Source: Chiloscyllium plagiosum (lineage: Eukaryota). From it: a stretch of 64,000 bases of DNA. The notes under the pieces were generated by a model. The model saw only the letters and a list, made by a program, of their open reading frames with translations, did no database searches and was not told the origin of the DNA. The translations under genes and the position numbers were made by a program. Within the stretch, counting starts at the first letter, position 1; the number at the start of each line of letters is the position of its first letter. Positions 22,880 to 34,992 of this stretch are shown piece by piece. The stretch is taken from contig NC_057753.1 of the NCBI RefSeq assembly GCF_004010195.1, positions 2,583,285 through 2,647,284 of the forward strand, written 5' to 3'.

Positions 22880-25290
22880 TTGATTTTATATCCATTTATG
22901 ATTCACCTCCTTTCGGGACTTTTTTGAAATTCATTAATGCTGAAAGCATACATTACTGACCCCCTTCAATCTGGATTGCACTCCTTTCTAGGTTTTTTGG
23001 TAATTCATCAATACTGAAAACGTATTATTAACACCCTTCTATCCTGATTGAGTTCCTTTCAGGGTTATTTTAAAATTCATCAATACTGAAAACATATATC
23101 ATTGAAAACATTCAATCTTGATTGAGTCCCTTTCAGGGTTATATTGGAATTCATCCATACTGAAAACATATATTTTGACCCCCTTCAATCCTGGTTGACC
23201 TTCTCTCATTGTTATTTTGCAATTCATCAATGCTGACAACATATATTATTGACTCCCTTTTTTGTAATTCATTGATACATAGAACATATACTATTGACCC
23301 CCTCCAATCCTGATTGAGCGCCTTTCAGGGTTTCCTTGTAATTCATTAATACAAAAAACATATGTTATTGACCCTCTTCATTATGAATTGACCTCCTTTC
23401 AGGTTTTTTTTTTGTAACTCGTCAATATTGAAAACATATCCTATTGATACCTGTCAATCATAATTGACCTCCTTTCAGGTTTTTGTTTTGTGGTTTATTA
23501 ATACTGAAAACATATGTCATTGACCCCCTTCAATCTTAACTGACCTCCTTTCAGGGTTTTTATTTTGTAATTCATCAATAATGAAAACTATATATTATTG
23601 ACACTCTTCAATCCTGATTGACATCCTTTCAGTGTTTTTTTGTAATTCATCAATGCTAAAAACATATTATTAACCACCTTCAATCTTGATTGAGGTCCTT
23701 CCAGTTTCTCTTTTGTGATCCATCAATACTGAAAACATATATTATTGACCCCTTTCTATCCTGATTCACCTCCCTTCAGGGCTTTTCTTGAAAATCATCA
23801 ATACCAAAAACATGTATTATTTACCCCCTTCAATCCTGAATCACCTCCTTTCAGGATTTTTGTAATTCATCATTACTAAAAAAAATTATCGACTCCCTTC
23901 AATCTTGATTTACCTCCTTTCAGTTATTTTTTGTAACTTATCAATACTGAAAACATACATTATTGACCCCCCCCCCCCCCTTTAATCTGGATTGACCTGC
24001 TGTCAGAGTTTTTTGTAAATCATTAATACAGAAAAAAAAATATTGACCCACTCCAATCCTGATTGAACTCTTTTCAGGGTTTTTTTTTGCAATTAATCTG
24101 TACTGAAAATTTCTATTATTGACCCCTTTCATTCCTGATTGACTTCCTTTCAGGTTATTTTATCATTCATCAATACTGAAAACATATTATTGACCCCTTT
24201 CTATCCTGATTCACCTCCCTTCAGGGCTTTTTTTGAAAATCATCAATACCAAAAACATGTATTATTTACCCCCTTCAATCCTGATCCACCTCCTTTCAGA
24301 GTTTTTTGTAATTCATCATTACTAAAAAAAATCACCTCGCTTCAAGCTTGATTTACCTCCTTTCAGTTTTATTTTGTAATTTAGCAATACTAAAAATATA
24401 TATTATTGATCCCCCCACACACACCACCTTTTAATCTTGATTGACCACCTGTCAGGGCTTTTTGTAAATCATTAATACTGAAATAAAATATTATTGACCC
24501 CCTCCAATCCTGATTGAACTCATTTCAGGGTTTTTTATTTGCATTTAATCTATACTGAAAACTTTTATTATTGACTTGCTCTAATCCTGATTGACTTCCT
24601 TTCAGGTTATTTTGTTATTCATCAATACTGAAAACATATAACTGACCCCTTTCTATCCTGATTCACCTCCCTTCAGGGCCTTTTTTGCAATTCATCAATA
24701 CTGAAAACATGAATTACTTACCCCCTTCAATCTTGATTTACCTCCTTTCAGAGTTTTTTGTAATTCATCCATACTGAAAACATGGATTATTTACTCCCTT
24801 CAATCTGAATATCCTCCTATCAGGATTTTTTGTAAATCATAAATATTGAAAAGTATATATTATTGACCCCCTCCAATCCTGATTGGACACATTTCAGGTC
24901 TTTTTCTTGGAATTCATCTATACTGAAAAATTATATTATTGACCCCCTCCAATCCTGATTGACTTCCTTTCAGGTTATTTTGTCATTCGTCAATATTGAA
25001 ACCACATTATTGACCCCTTTGTATCCTGATTCACCTCCTTCAGGACATTTTTGGCAATTCATCAATACTGAAAACATGGATTATTAACCCCCCCCCCCCC
25101 CCCACTTCAATCCTGATTTACATCCTTCCAGGATTTTTTGTAATTTATCAACACTGAAATATACTATTGCGCAACCCCCCACCCCCCACCAAAAATACTG
25201 ATTGACCTCCGGTCAGGGTTCTTTTGCAAATCATCAATGCTGAAAAAGTATATTATTGACGCCCTCCAAACCTGATTGACCTCCTTTCAA
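22880..25290. repeat. AT-rich tandem satellite, ~75-bp monomer, roughly 30 copies, with higher-order organisation
   Basis: Consensus approximately caatactgaaaacatatattattgacccccttcaatcctgattgacctcctttcagggttttttgtaattcat. A diagnostic variant, ctatcctgattcacctcccttcagggc, recurs at 23756, 24201 and 24653. Confidence 0.95.
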
Positions 25291-25295
25291 TTCTC

Positions 25296-25474
25296 AATAA
25301 ATAAAAGCAAATTACTGCGGATGAAGGAATCTGAAACCAAAAGAGAAAGTGCTGGAAAATCTCAGCAGGTCTGGCAGCATCTGTAAAGAGAGAAAAGAGC
25401 TGACGTTTCGAGTCTAACTGACCCACAGATGCTGCCAGAGCTGCTGAGATTTTCCAGCATTTTCTCTTTTGGTT
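25296..25474. mobile_element. Penelope-derived fold-back insertion (family 3) with exact 14-bp TSD
   Basis: Arms aaccaaaagagaaagtgctggaaaatctcagcagg..catctgt / acagatgctgccagagctgctgagattttccagcattttctcttttggtt. TSD tcctttcaattctc at 25282-25295 and 25475-25488. Confidence 0.85.
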
Positions 25475-25549
25475 TCCTTTCAATTCTCTGCTGTTCAGAG
25501 AGAGGACAATGTCCAACCCTGTTCATGCTTCAGTGCACCAACCTTTCAC

Positions 25550-26000
25550 TTTCCATTGGTTGGAATATCTGTCATTCAAAGCCGTCCTCCAGATTCTCTA
25601 TGTCTATTGGTGCGGATCTCCCGTCAACCATGCGTTGTGACGAACCCCCCGCGTCGAGCGTGACAGCGCATGCGCTGTCTCCACCTTTGTCACCAACGTT
25701 GTGCGTTGCTTGTGGCTGCTCACAAACGGTGAGAATCGACGGGATCAGAGGCGCGACAGACCGGGGGGGTGGGTGAGCGTAGTGGCGGGGTAGACCTCCT
25801 GTGTCGGTCGTAAACCCCGCGTAATTAGTTCCAGATGCCGCCTTTGCATCCAATGTGACTACGGCTGTTCCCAGTCTGCGGGCCCCGCGGGTGCGTCCGC
25901 CATATTTGTTGAGGGCATTGGGTCCGCCATATTTGTTGAGGGGCATTGGGTCCGCCATATTTGTTGTGGGCAAGGGACTGGGCGGAGCTTGCAGTTCATT
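25550..26000. promoter_or_regulatory. CpG-rich promoter-like island (NRF1, YY1 x3, CCAAT, GC box)
   Basis: High CpG density in an otherwise CpG-depleted window. GCGCATGCGC at 25666-25675; CCGCCATATT in three tandem repeats starting 25895, 25922 and 25950; ATTGG at ~25555 and ~25605; GGGCGGAG at 25980. Confidence 0.65.
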
Positions 26001-26214
26001 GTTCAGAATGGGGACAACTTGTCCATCATCAAGCAGAGTGGGAGATGGAGTTTGATTTGGATAAATGTGAGGTGTTACTTTTTGGTAAAACAACCAGTGC
26101 AGGACTTATATAATTAATGTTAGGGTAGCACTGTAGAACAGGGAGACTTTTGTGTTCAGTTGCACAATTGTTTGAAATTTGTTTCACATATACAGGAGGT
26201 GATGAACAAAGCAT

Positions 26215-26780
26215 TCAGTACTTTGAGTGTAAGAGCTGGAGTTTTGTGTTGATGGCGTGCAGGGCTTTGGTGAGACCTCTTTTAAAGTAGTACCTGCAGT
26301 TCTGGTCGCCCTGTTGAAGGGAGGATATTATTAAACTGGAGAGGGTTCAGAAAAGGTCTACTGGGGGATGTTGTTGGGAATGGAGCGTTTTAGTTGGGCT
26401 GGGTCTTTTTTCACTGGACTGTAAGAGGTAAAGGGATATAAAGATTATAAGGGTTTATAAAATCATGAGAGGCAAAGATAAGGTGAGTAGCAAAGGTTTT
26501 CTCCTGAAAGTGGGTGACTTCAAAACTAGGGGGCATATTTTTAAGGTGAGAGGGAAAAGATTTAAAAAGTCCTGAGTGACTTGTGTGCGGAATGAACTGT
26601 AAGATGAATTAGTGAATGCAGGTAGAGTTGCAACATTTAAAAGACAATTGGATAAGTACATGAATATGAGGTTTGGAGGTTTATGGGCCAAATGCAGACA
26701 GGTGAGGCTAGTTTAGTTTGAGAACATGGTCGGTTTGGACAAGTTGAACTGAAGGGTCTGTTTCCATGTAGTATGATTGT
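26215..26780 (+). mobile_element. CR1 3' fragment
   Basis: gtgcagggctttggtgagacc..cagttctggtcgccc..aaactagggggcatatttttaaggtgagaggg; tail gggtctgtttccatgtagtatgattgta. Confidence 0.8.
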
Positions 26781-27136
26781 AAGCTTTTCCCAGCCAATGT
26801 CATATTATTAAGGCAGAGCAGTAGCACAAAAGGAAAGAAGATGAAGCAAATTCTGATCTCCCATTTCCTCATGAAGAGCCAGAGCTGAAAGTCAAAATCC
26901 TGAGTCAATGTCATCCTCAAGTTAAGGTCATGCTGATCACAGTGAGGGGCAATGTGCAGCAGGCAGTGGTTATCCTCGGTCAGGAGGAGGGAACACTGTG
27001 AATTTCTGTCTTGAATTGACAGTGATGGAATTTGGAATATTCTTTTCCAGGATGTTTATTAGGATTCACAGATGAAAACCTCAAACCAAATATCACATCA
27101 AAATCTGACGAAAATCACTTGGTTAATCAGAAACTG

Positions 27137-28965
27137 GGGAGAAAGTGAGGTCTGCAGATGCTGGAGATCAGAGCTGGAAATGTGTTGCTGGAAAAGCGCA
27201 GCAGGTCAGGCAGCATCCAGGGAACAGGAGAATCGACGTTTCGGGCAAAAGCCCTTCATCAGGAATAAAGGCAGAGAGCCTGAAGCGTGGAGAGATAAGC
27301 TAGGGGAGGGTGGGGGTGGGGAGAGAGTAGCATAGAGTACAATGGGTGAGTGGGGGAGGAGATGAAGGTGATAGGTCAGGGAGGAGAGGGTGGAGTGGAT
27401 AGGTGGAAAAGGAGCTAGGCAGCATGTGTACAGGCAAATCATTTCGGGTCGAGGGATTCTTCCTCAGAATGACGGTATAGTGGTGCTAACCTCGCAGCGC
27501 TAGGGACCCTGGTTCGATTCCAGCCTCGGGCGACTGTCTGTGTGCAGCTGGCATTTTCTCCCTCTATTCCTGATGAAGGACATCTGCCCGAAACGTCGAT
27601 CCTCCTGCCCCTCGGACGCCACCCGGCCCGCTGCGCCCCCCCAGCACCACTCTAATCTTGACTCTGGTTTCCAGCATCTGCAGTCCTTGTTCTTCCCCCG
27701 TGTCAGCCTGGGTTTCCTCCCACAGTCTAAAGATGTGTAAGGTTAGAGTGAAGTGGCCATGCTAAATTGCCCATAGTGTCCATGGAGGTGAAGGTTAGGT
27801 GCATTAGTCAGGGGTAAATGGAGGGGAATGGGTCTGGGTGGATTACTGGTCGGTGTGCACTTGTTGGGCCCAATCCCCACACTGTGGGGGGGATTCAATG
27901 TAAAAAGAATGATTGGGCAAGGCTTGGAGGGTGGGAGTGAGTGACGCGTCTCCGCGATCGGTGATTGGATGGTCACCGCCCCTTCCCACCACTGTCCAAT
28001 CATCACGCTGACCCATGTGTCTATCAGCGTGGTCTTCCCGCCCCTCCAGGTGCGGTCTCACCAGGGCACATAATTCCAGGTGCGGTCTCACCAGGGCCCT
28101 GTACAGCTGCAGAAGGACCTCTTTGCTTCTATAAAAGGTAAAAACAATTACTGCAGATGCTGCATTGGAGTGGTGCCCGGAAAAGCACAGCAGTTCAGGC
28201 AGCATCCAAGAATTTGATTTTCCTGCTCCTCAGACGCTCGACCCTGGGCTGGCCCTGCCTTCAGGAATCCGGGAGGTGGGGGGCGGGGTGCAATGGTGTG
28301 GTTGGGCGGGCAGAGTAAGGGCTGAGGTGCAGCCGATTGGACGAGGGGCGGGAAGACCACGCTGATAGACACATGGGTCAGCGTGATGATTCTCCATTTA
28401 CCTGAATATTCTCCATTTACCTGGAACGACAGCAAACCCAACAATTTTCCAGATGCTCAACATCCCTCCAGCACAAATAGCAAACTTGACTGGTGTCACC
28501 TTGAACATTCACTTTCTTTACCTCAGATGCATAGTTACGGCACTGCGCCATCAACAAGATTAATTACATTAACTCACCAACACTTTTCTGACTGCCCTTT
28601 TCAAACTGACAAGCTGTACCAACTGATGAGGACAAGCAGAGCAAAGAGCAACAGCACCTGCAAGTACACTTCCAAGTCACATGCCATTCTAACCTGGGCT
28701 TATATCGCCTCCTTTTCTGTTGCAGGGCGAAATTTCCGGAACTCCTTTCTGAAGAACACTGCGGGACTACCTTCGTGAAGGTGCTTTCTCTCGTGGAAGA
28801 CAGGCAAGTGGGCAGAGAGGGTGGGGTGAGGTGGGGGTGGATCACTCCATCCTGGAGGCTCCCTGCCTCCATTCCTGATGAAGGACCTATGCCCAAAACA
28901 TCGAATTTCCTGCTCCTTGGATGCTGCCTGACCTGCTGTGCTTTTCCAGCACCACTCTAATCTAG
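27137..28965. mobile_element. Patchwork of short Penelope, SINE, CR1 and older LINE fragments in both orientations
   Basis: PLE termini at 27137-27420 (-), 27560-27695 (+), 28140-28235 and 28850-28963; SINE halves at 27470-27545 and 27695-27870; CR1 piece at 28047-28132; older LINE piece (EYSPFTW..) at 28400-28775. Confidence 0.7.
27231..27266 (-). ncRNA. Minimal type-I hammerhead ribozyme motif (PLE family 1)
   Basis: The reverse complement is AUUC-CUGAUGA-A-GGGC-UUUU-GCCC-GAAA-CGUC-GAUU: intact core, 4-bp stem II, palindromic ACGU mini stem III, GUC cleavage triplet. Confidence 0.75.
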
Positions 28966-30090
28966 AAGGGGTGGGGTTGCCTTGTTCATAAGAAACTAAA
29001 TTAGATCAGCAGCAATAAACAAAATAGGGTCAGAAGATGTAGAATGTGTATGGGTAGAGTTGAGGAACCACAAAGTTGAAAAAAGCCATAACTGCAATTA
29101 TTTACAGGCTTCCAAACAGAAGTCAGGATTTGGGGCACAAGATACACCAAGAGATAGAAAAGGTGTGTAAGGAAGGCAAGGTTACAGTGATCATGGCGGA
29201 TTTGATGATGCAGATGGGCTGGGAAACTCAGATTGGTAGTGGATCACAAGAAAATACTGATTGAGGATGATCAGCCATGATCATAATGAATGGTGGTGCT
29301 GGCTCGAAGGGCAGAATGGCCTACTCCTGCACCTATTCTCTATTGTCTATAAAATGCACTTGTGGAATGTCCGTGAGATGGCTTTTTGGAACAGCTTGTG
29401 GTGGAGCCCACGAGGGGACAGGCAATAGTGGATTTAGTGTTGTGCAATGAGGCAGACTTGATGAAGGAACCCTTAAAATGCAGTGACCGTAATATGACAG
29501 AATTTACTCTACAACTTGAGAGACTGTGGAATCAGATCCAATAGTTATTACAGTTGAATAAAAGAACCTACAGATACATGAGAGAGGAATCTGACAAGAA
29601 AGGCAGTGGCACAGCAATGGGAGGAGTTTCTGCGAATAATTCGGGTGATTAGATTCCCTACAGTGTGGAAACAGGTGCTTCAGCTCAACAAGTCCACACG
29701 GACCCTCCGAAGAGCAACCCACCCAGGCCCATTCCCCTACACTTATCCCTGACTAATGCACCTAATATTATGGGCAATTGAGCATGGCCAACGCAGCTCA
29801 CCTGCATATCTTTGGATTGTGGGAGGAAACCAGAGCACCCGGAGGAAACCCATGCAGACAGAGGGAGAATATGCGCACACCATACAGACAGTCACCCAAG
29901 GTGGGAATTGAACCCAGGTTCGTGGCGCTGTGAGGCTGCAGTGCTAACCACTGAGTCACCATGCCGCCAAAGGACATTCTGAAGAATGTCCCACCCAAAC
30001 CCCTTACTCTATATTTACCCCTGACACAGCAAAATTCATTCTGAGGAAAATGAAGCAGACAAAAGGGAGGGTGAGGTAACAATGGCTGCT
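28965..30090 (+). mobile_element. CR1 endonuclease-region fragments, with a nested CR1 tail (29265-29350) and a minus-strand SINE (29648-29968)
   Basis: WVELRN..IYRLPN peptide (29076 ORF). The SINE has A/B-box-like motifs on the minus strand (GTGACTCAGTGGTTAGCAC, GGTTCAATTCC). Confidence 0.75.
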
Positions 30091-30645
30091 GGGTAAGTCA
30101 GACGAGATATTAAACTGAGCAGGAATTATCCCTTGTATCCAGGTATTTATCTCTCAACCAAAATTACTGAGCAAAGCAGACTATCTAGTCAACAGGCTTG
30201 TGGGATCTTGCTGTGCAGATTTGCTGTGCTGATGCTATATGTTGCAAGTCTGTCTCTACTTCAAGAAGAGTTAATTAACTGTGAAGCTCCTTGGGACATC
30301 CTGAGGCTGTGAAAGGTTCCCCAAAGAGGGGAAAATCATTTGGATGGAACGAAAGGTTTTTCTGCCCATTATGCAGTGCCAGGCAAAAGAGCAATCCAGT
30401 CTGATCCCACAATCCAGTTCTTTGTCAGTAGCCTCTAAGGGAGGATACTATTGACAGATACTTTAACTGTGAGGAGAGTTTCTGCCTGTCAGTCTTGAAG
30501 GTAGTGATTTGCAGAATTTCTTAGTTCACTGGAGTAGAGGAATAGATATAGAATGATATAGATATAAAATCCCGACAGTGTGGAAACAGCCCTTCTGCCC
30601 AATAAGTCCACACTAACCCTCCAATGGGTAACTATACACAAGATA

Positions 30646-30966
30646 GGACGGCACGGTGGCTCAGTGGTTAGCACTGCTGCCTCACAGCACCAGGGTCCTG
30701 GGTTCGATTCCAGCCTCGGGCGACTCCCTGTGTGGAATTTGCACATTCTCCCCATGTCTGGGTGGGTTTCCTCCAGGTGCTCCAGTTTCCTCCCACGGTC
30801 CAAAGATGTCCAGGTTAAGGTGAATTAGCTATGTTAATTTGCCCATAGTGTTCGGTGCATTAGTCAGAGGGAAATGGGTCTGGGTGGGTTACTTTTCGGA
30901 GGGTCGATGTGAACTTGTTGGGCTGAAGGGCCTGTTTCCACACTGTAGGGAATCTAATAATCTAAT
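30646..30966 (+). mobile_element. Near-complete tRNA-derived SINE (HE1/V-SINE-like)
   Basis: GGCACGGTGGCTCAGTGGTTAGCAC (A box), GGTTCGATTCC (B box), central domain, and tail GGCCTGTTTCCACACTGTAGGGAATCTAATAATCTAAT. Confidence 0.92.
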
Positions 30967-31065
30967 ACTTACTTGCATAAACTCACCAATGCTTTTCAGA
31001 CTGCCCCTTTTAAACTGACAGGCTGTACCAACTGATGAGAACAAGGCACAGCACAAGGAACACAA

Positions 31066-31330
31066 CCCATCCAGACCCATTGCCTTACGTTTTTAGTCTA
31101 CATTTACCCCTAACTAATGCACCTAACCTGCACATCCCAGAACATTATCGGCAATTTAGCACGGCCGCTACTCCCTAACCTACGCGCCTTTAGACTGTGG
31201 GAGTAAACCAAAGCACCCAGAGAAAACCCACACAGACACGGGGAGAACTTGCAAACGCCACACAGACAGTAGCCGAGACTGGAATCGAACCCGGGTCTCT
31301 GGCGCTGTGAGGCGACCACTGAGCCACCCC
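31066..31330 (-). mobile_element. tRNA-derived SINE
   Basis: Reverse complement has GGTGGCTCAGTGGT..GGGTTCGATTCCAG and the same body as the copy at 30646. Confidence 0.85.
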
Positions 31331-31849
31331 AAAAGCTGATTACTCCTGAGCTCCCCTCCTCGTTGTCTCTTTTGTATCTATAGCCTGTGAGAATTAATAG
31401 AAAAGATTCTTCCCAACCAGTGTATGTAGACATAATCTTGATTATTTCGCACACATCAGTTAAATGTCCCCTCAGCCTCCTCGGTTCCAAATAAAACATT
31501 GTGCTTAGCCAGTCTTTCCTGATTGCTGCAAGTCCCCAATCTTTGCAATGTCCCTCTGACTTCTTTCTAGTATGATTATAGTTTTCCAGTGATGTGATAA
31601 TTAGAACCAAAGTTTTTCTGTCAAGGTTTTGTGTGAGACATGTTGCAGGAGCCACTTCAAGGTGAATGTGAAATGAATGGGCTGTTAAATTGAACTGAGG
31701 CCAGGTATGTGAAGGTTGTACAGGATCTTTGTGTCTTCATTGAAGTCAAACAGTTGCAGCTGATCCTGGAATGTGATTCAGCTTTATTAACCCTTCGCCC
31801 TTTTTCATTTTAATTTGAGTTCTACTGGGGAGAAGATGCCAGTGCACAA

Positions 31850-34340
31850 AAGCAAATGTGAAAGCATACAATGTGGCAAAGGGCAGTGGGAACCGCAACA
31901 GAGAAAGAAATAAGGAGGGAGAAGATTAAATGTGAGGGTAAGCTAGCCAATAATATTAGAAAAGATTGCAAGAGTTTCTTTAGATGGGCAAAGAGCAAAA
32001 CAGAAGCAAAAGTGGACATTGGACTGCTGGAAAATGACTAGAAGACATAGGAGCAGAAATTAGGCCATTCAGTCCATAAAGTTTGTTCTGCCAGTCAATC
32101 ATGGGAGAAAGTGAGGACCAATTCCACCTTAGAAAATCCCAGATGGCCTCCTTCTTCCAAGATCGCAATTTCTCTTCCTATGTAGTTGACGATGCCCTCC
32201 AGCAGATCTCCTCCTCTTCCTGCACCACCGCTCTTGAACCCCACCCCACCCAACGCAACAAGGACAGAACCCCCCTCCCCTTCACCTTCCACCCCGCCCT
32301 CCGCCACCTCCAAACAACCCCCACCACCGGAGATATATTTCCCTCCTCACCCCTATCTGTGTTCCGGAGAGGCCATGCTTTCCCAACAGCCCACCCCCTC
32401 CCACCACCCATTCGTGGCACCTTTTCCTGCCACAGCAGGAAGTGCAAAACCTGTGCCGACACCACGACCCCTCACCTCCATCCAAGGATCCTTACACATC
32501 CCACAGAAACTTACTTGCACCACTACCAATGTCATCGACTATATCCGTTGCAGACGATGTGGTCTCCTGCACATCGGGGAGACAGGACGCCTTCTTGCGG
32601 ATCGTTTCAGAGAACATCTCTGGGACACCCGCACCCGCTAACCCCACCGTCCTGTGGCTGAACACTTCAACTCCTCCCTCACACTCCGCCAAGGACATGC
32701 AGGTCCTGGGCCTCCTGCACCGCCAAACCGTGAGGTGGGGGAGGGAGAGGGGAGATGGGGGAAGTGGGGGTGTTGTTTGCAGAGCTGAGTATGGAGCCCA
32801 TCACCAAGGAGAATGTGCAACAAAAACTGCAAGGTCTGAAAGTGGATAAATCACCCAAACTAGATGAACTACACCCCAGAGTTCTGAAGGAGATAGCTGA
32901 AAAGATAGTGGAGGCTTTAGTGGTAATCTTTCAGGAATTATTGGCGTCAGGGAGAACCCCCTTCCCTCCCCGCAACCTCCATTTAAAAAGGGTGTGAGAT
33001 CAAACACTGAAAATCTTAGGCAGATTAGCCCGCACTCAGTCATTGGTAAAATTTTGGAGTCCATTGTGAAGGATGAGATTTCTAAATAATCGCAAGTGCA
33101 CCATTAAATATGGCAGAGTTAGCATGGTTTCATCGAGGGGAGCTCATGCCTGATAAAGCTGTTAGAATTCTTTGAGGAGGTAACCAGCAGGTTAGACCAA
33201 GGAGAGCCAATGGATATTATCTATCTGGAATTCCAGAAGGTCTTTTGGTAAGGCTCTGAGTAAGATAGGGGCCCATGGTGTTAGAGACGAGGTACTAGCA
33301 TGGATAGAAAATTGCCTTCATCCAGACAGCCAGCGAGTGAAGATAAGAGTTTTCAGGCTAGCATTCGGTGAGCAGTGCTGTTTCAGGGTCAGTGTTGGGA
33401 CCACAACTTTTCACTTTATACATTGATGATCTGGATGAGGGAACAGAGGGCATTCTGGCTACATTTGTTGATACAAAGATAGGTGGAAGGACAGGTAGCA
33501 TTGAGAAGGCGAGGAGGCTGCAGAAAGATTTAGACAGGTTCAGAGAGTGGGCAAAGAAATGGCAGCTGAAATACAATGTGGGAAAGTGTGAGGTCAGACA
33601 CATTGTTAGGAAGAATAGAGGCATGGACCAATTTTCTAAGTGGGGAGATAATTCAGAAATCTGAAGTGCAAAGGGACTTGGGAGTCCTAGTCCAGGTTTC
33701 TGAAGGTAAACTTGCAGGTTGAGTCGGTAGTTAGGAAGACAAATACCGATGTTGTCATTCATCTCGAGAGGGCGAGAATAGAAAAGCAGCGATGTCCTTC
33801 TGAGGCTTTATAAGGGTCTGGTCAGACCACATTGTGAGTATTGTGAGCAATTTTGGGCCCCATACCACAGAAAGGTTGTACTGACCCTGGAGTGGGTCCT
33901 TAGGAGGTTCATGGCAGTGATCCCAAGAATGAAAGGCCTAACATATATGAGGGACGTTTGAGGAGTCTGGGACTATACTCGATGGAGTTTAGAAGGATAT
34001 GGGAGGGACCTAGTTGAAACTTGGAGAATACTGAACGGCCTGGGCAGAGTGGATGTTGGGAAGATGTTTCCATTGGCAAGAGAGACAAGGACCCAAGGGC
34101 ACAGCCTTGGAGTAAAGGGAGGACCCTTAGAAGAGCGACAAGGAGAAACGTCTTCAGCCAGAGAATGGTGAACCTGTGGAATTCATTGCCACAGAAGGCT
34201 GTGGAGGCCAGGTCACTGAGTGTACTTAAAACAGAGACCGATAAGTTCTTGATTGCCAACGGAATGAAAGGTGACGGGGAAAATGGGCTTGAGAAACCTA
34301 TTAGCCATCATTGAGCCATTGAGCAGACCCGATGGGCCAA
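31850..34340 (+). mobile_element. CR1 LINE ORF2 (RT to 3' end), interrupted by a Penelope fragment
   Basis: KVDKSPKLDELHPRVLKE, GSVLGPQLFTLYIDDL, FVDTK, FSQRMVNLWNSLP peptides. Confidence 0.88.
32105..32770 (+). mobile_element. Penelope-like element ORF C-terminus with GIY-YIG endonuclease
   Basis: TCTTTNVIDYIRCRRCGLLHIGETGRLLADRFREHL: a GIY-YIG-type motif, preceded by CHSRKCKTC. Confidence 0.88.
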
Positions 34341-34992
34341 ATGGCCTAATGGTCTTGTAGTCCTGCCCCTTGGCTGAGATGTGACCCTCAGGTGAAACTC
34401 GCCGCAGTCCTCTTTCTCTCATGAGCGAGCAGCCCAACGACTCTCTTGGACTCTGGTGGCTTCTGACACCCCAAGCCATGCAGTGGTTTGAAGACAGGTA
34501 ACCACCAACGTCTTGAGCACATCGTTCAGGATGAGCATTAAATGCTGGCTCAGCCACTGATTACCATACTCCATTAATCAAAACCTAACCTGCAACTAAA
34601 ATTCCACAGCCCTTGAACACATTTGAATAAATCTCCTCTGCACCCCTCCGGGACCGTCGCATAGTTAATACTGTGTGTTGATCACTGGTTTGTATTGAGC
34701 CAGGTCTGTGTTGATTGCGTTCACCAGGTAGTTCCTCAACTGGGAGATGTTTTTTCTGACTCCACTGTGGTTTGATTTCGGCTCACTGTGTGAGATTTGT
34801 GTAATTATCATTTTTAGGGTGAGGATTTCGTGGCATGTAGATGCTGGTTATGTTTGTGAAAGGTTGATGGAAAAACTTGAGTCAGATGTCAGGTAACTGT
34901 AAACCAGCTGAACTGTCAATGGAAGTTCGCTGATGCTGCTGTTTGAAAGAGAGGGAGTGTGAAGATTGATGGGATCAGTTTGCTTTTTGCTT

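Noticed and set aside
22880..25290. CRISPR-like array
   Set aside because: Eukaryotic context; the whole monomer is repeated with no unique spacers, and there are no cas genes.
25572..26093. 173-aa minus ORF with NKYGG/NMAD repeats
   Set aside because: Produced by GC richness and the 27-28-bp YY1-motif repeats, which shift frame; no recognisable domain.
30646..30725. tRNA gene
   Set aside because: The A/B boxes continue into the SINE body and LINE-like tail, there is no clean cloverleaf with terminator, and many decayed copies exist.
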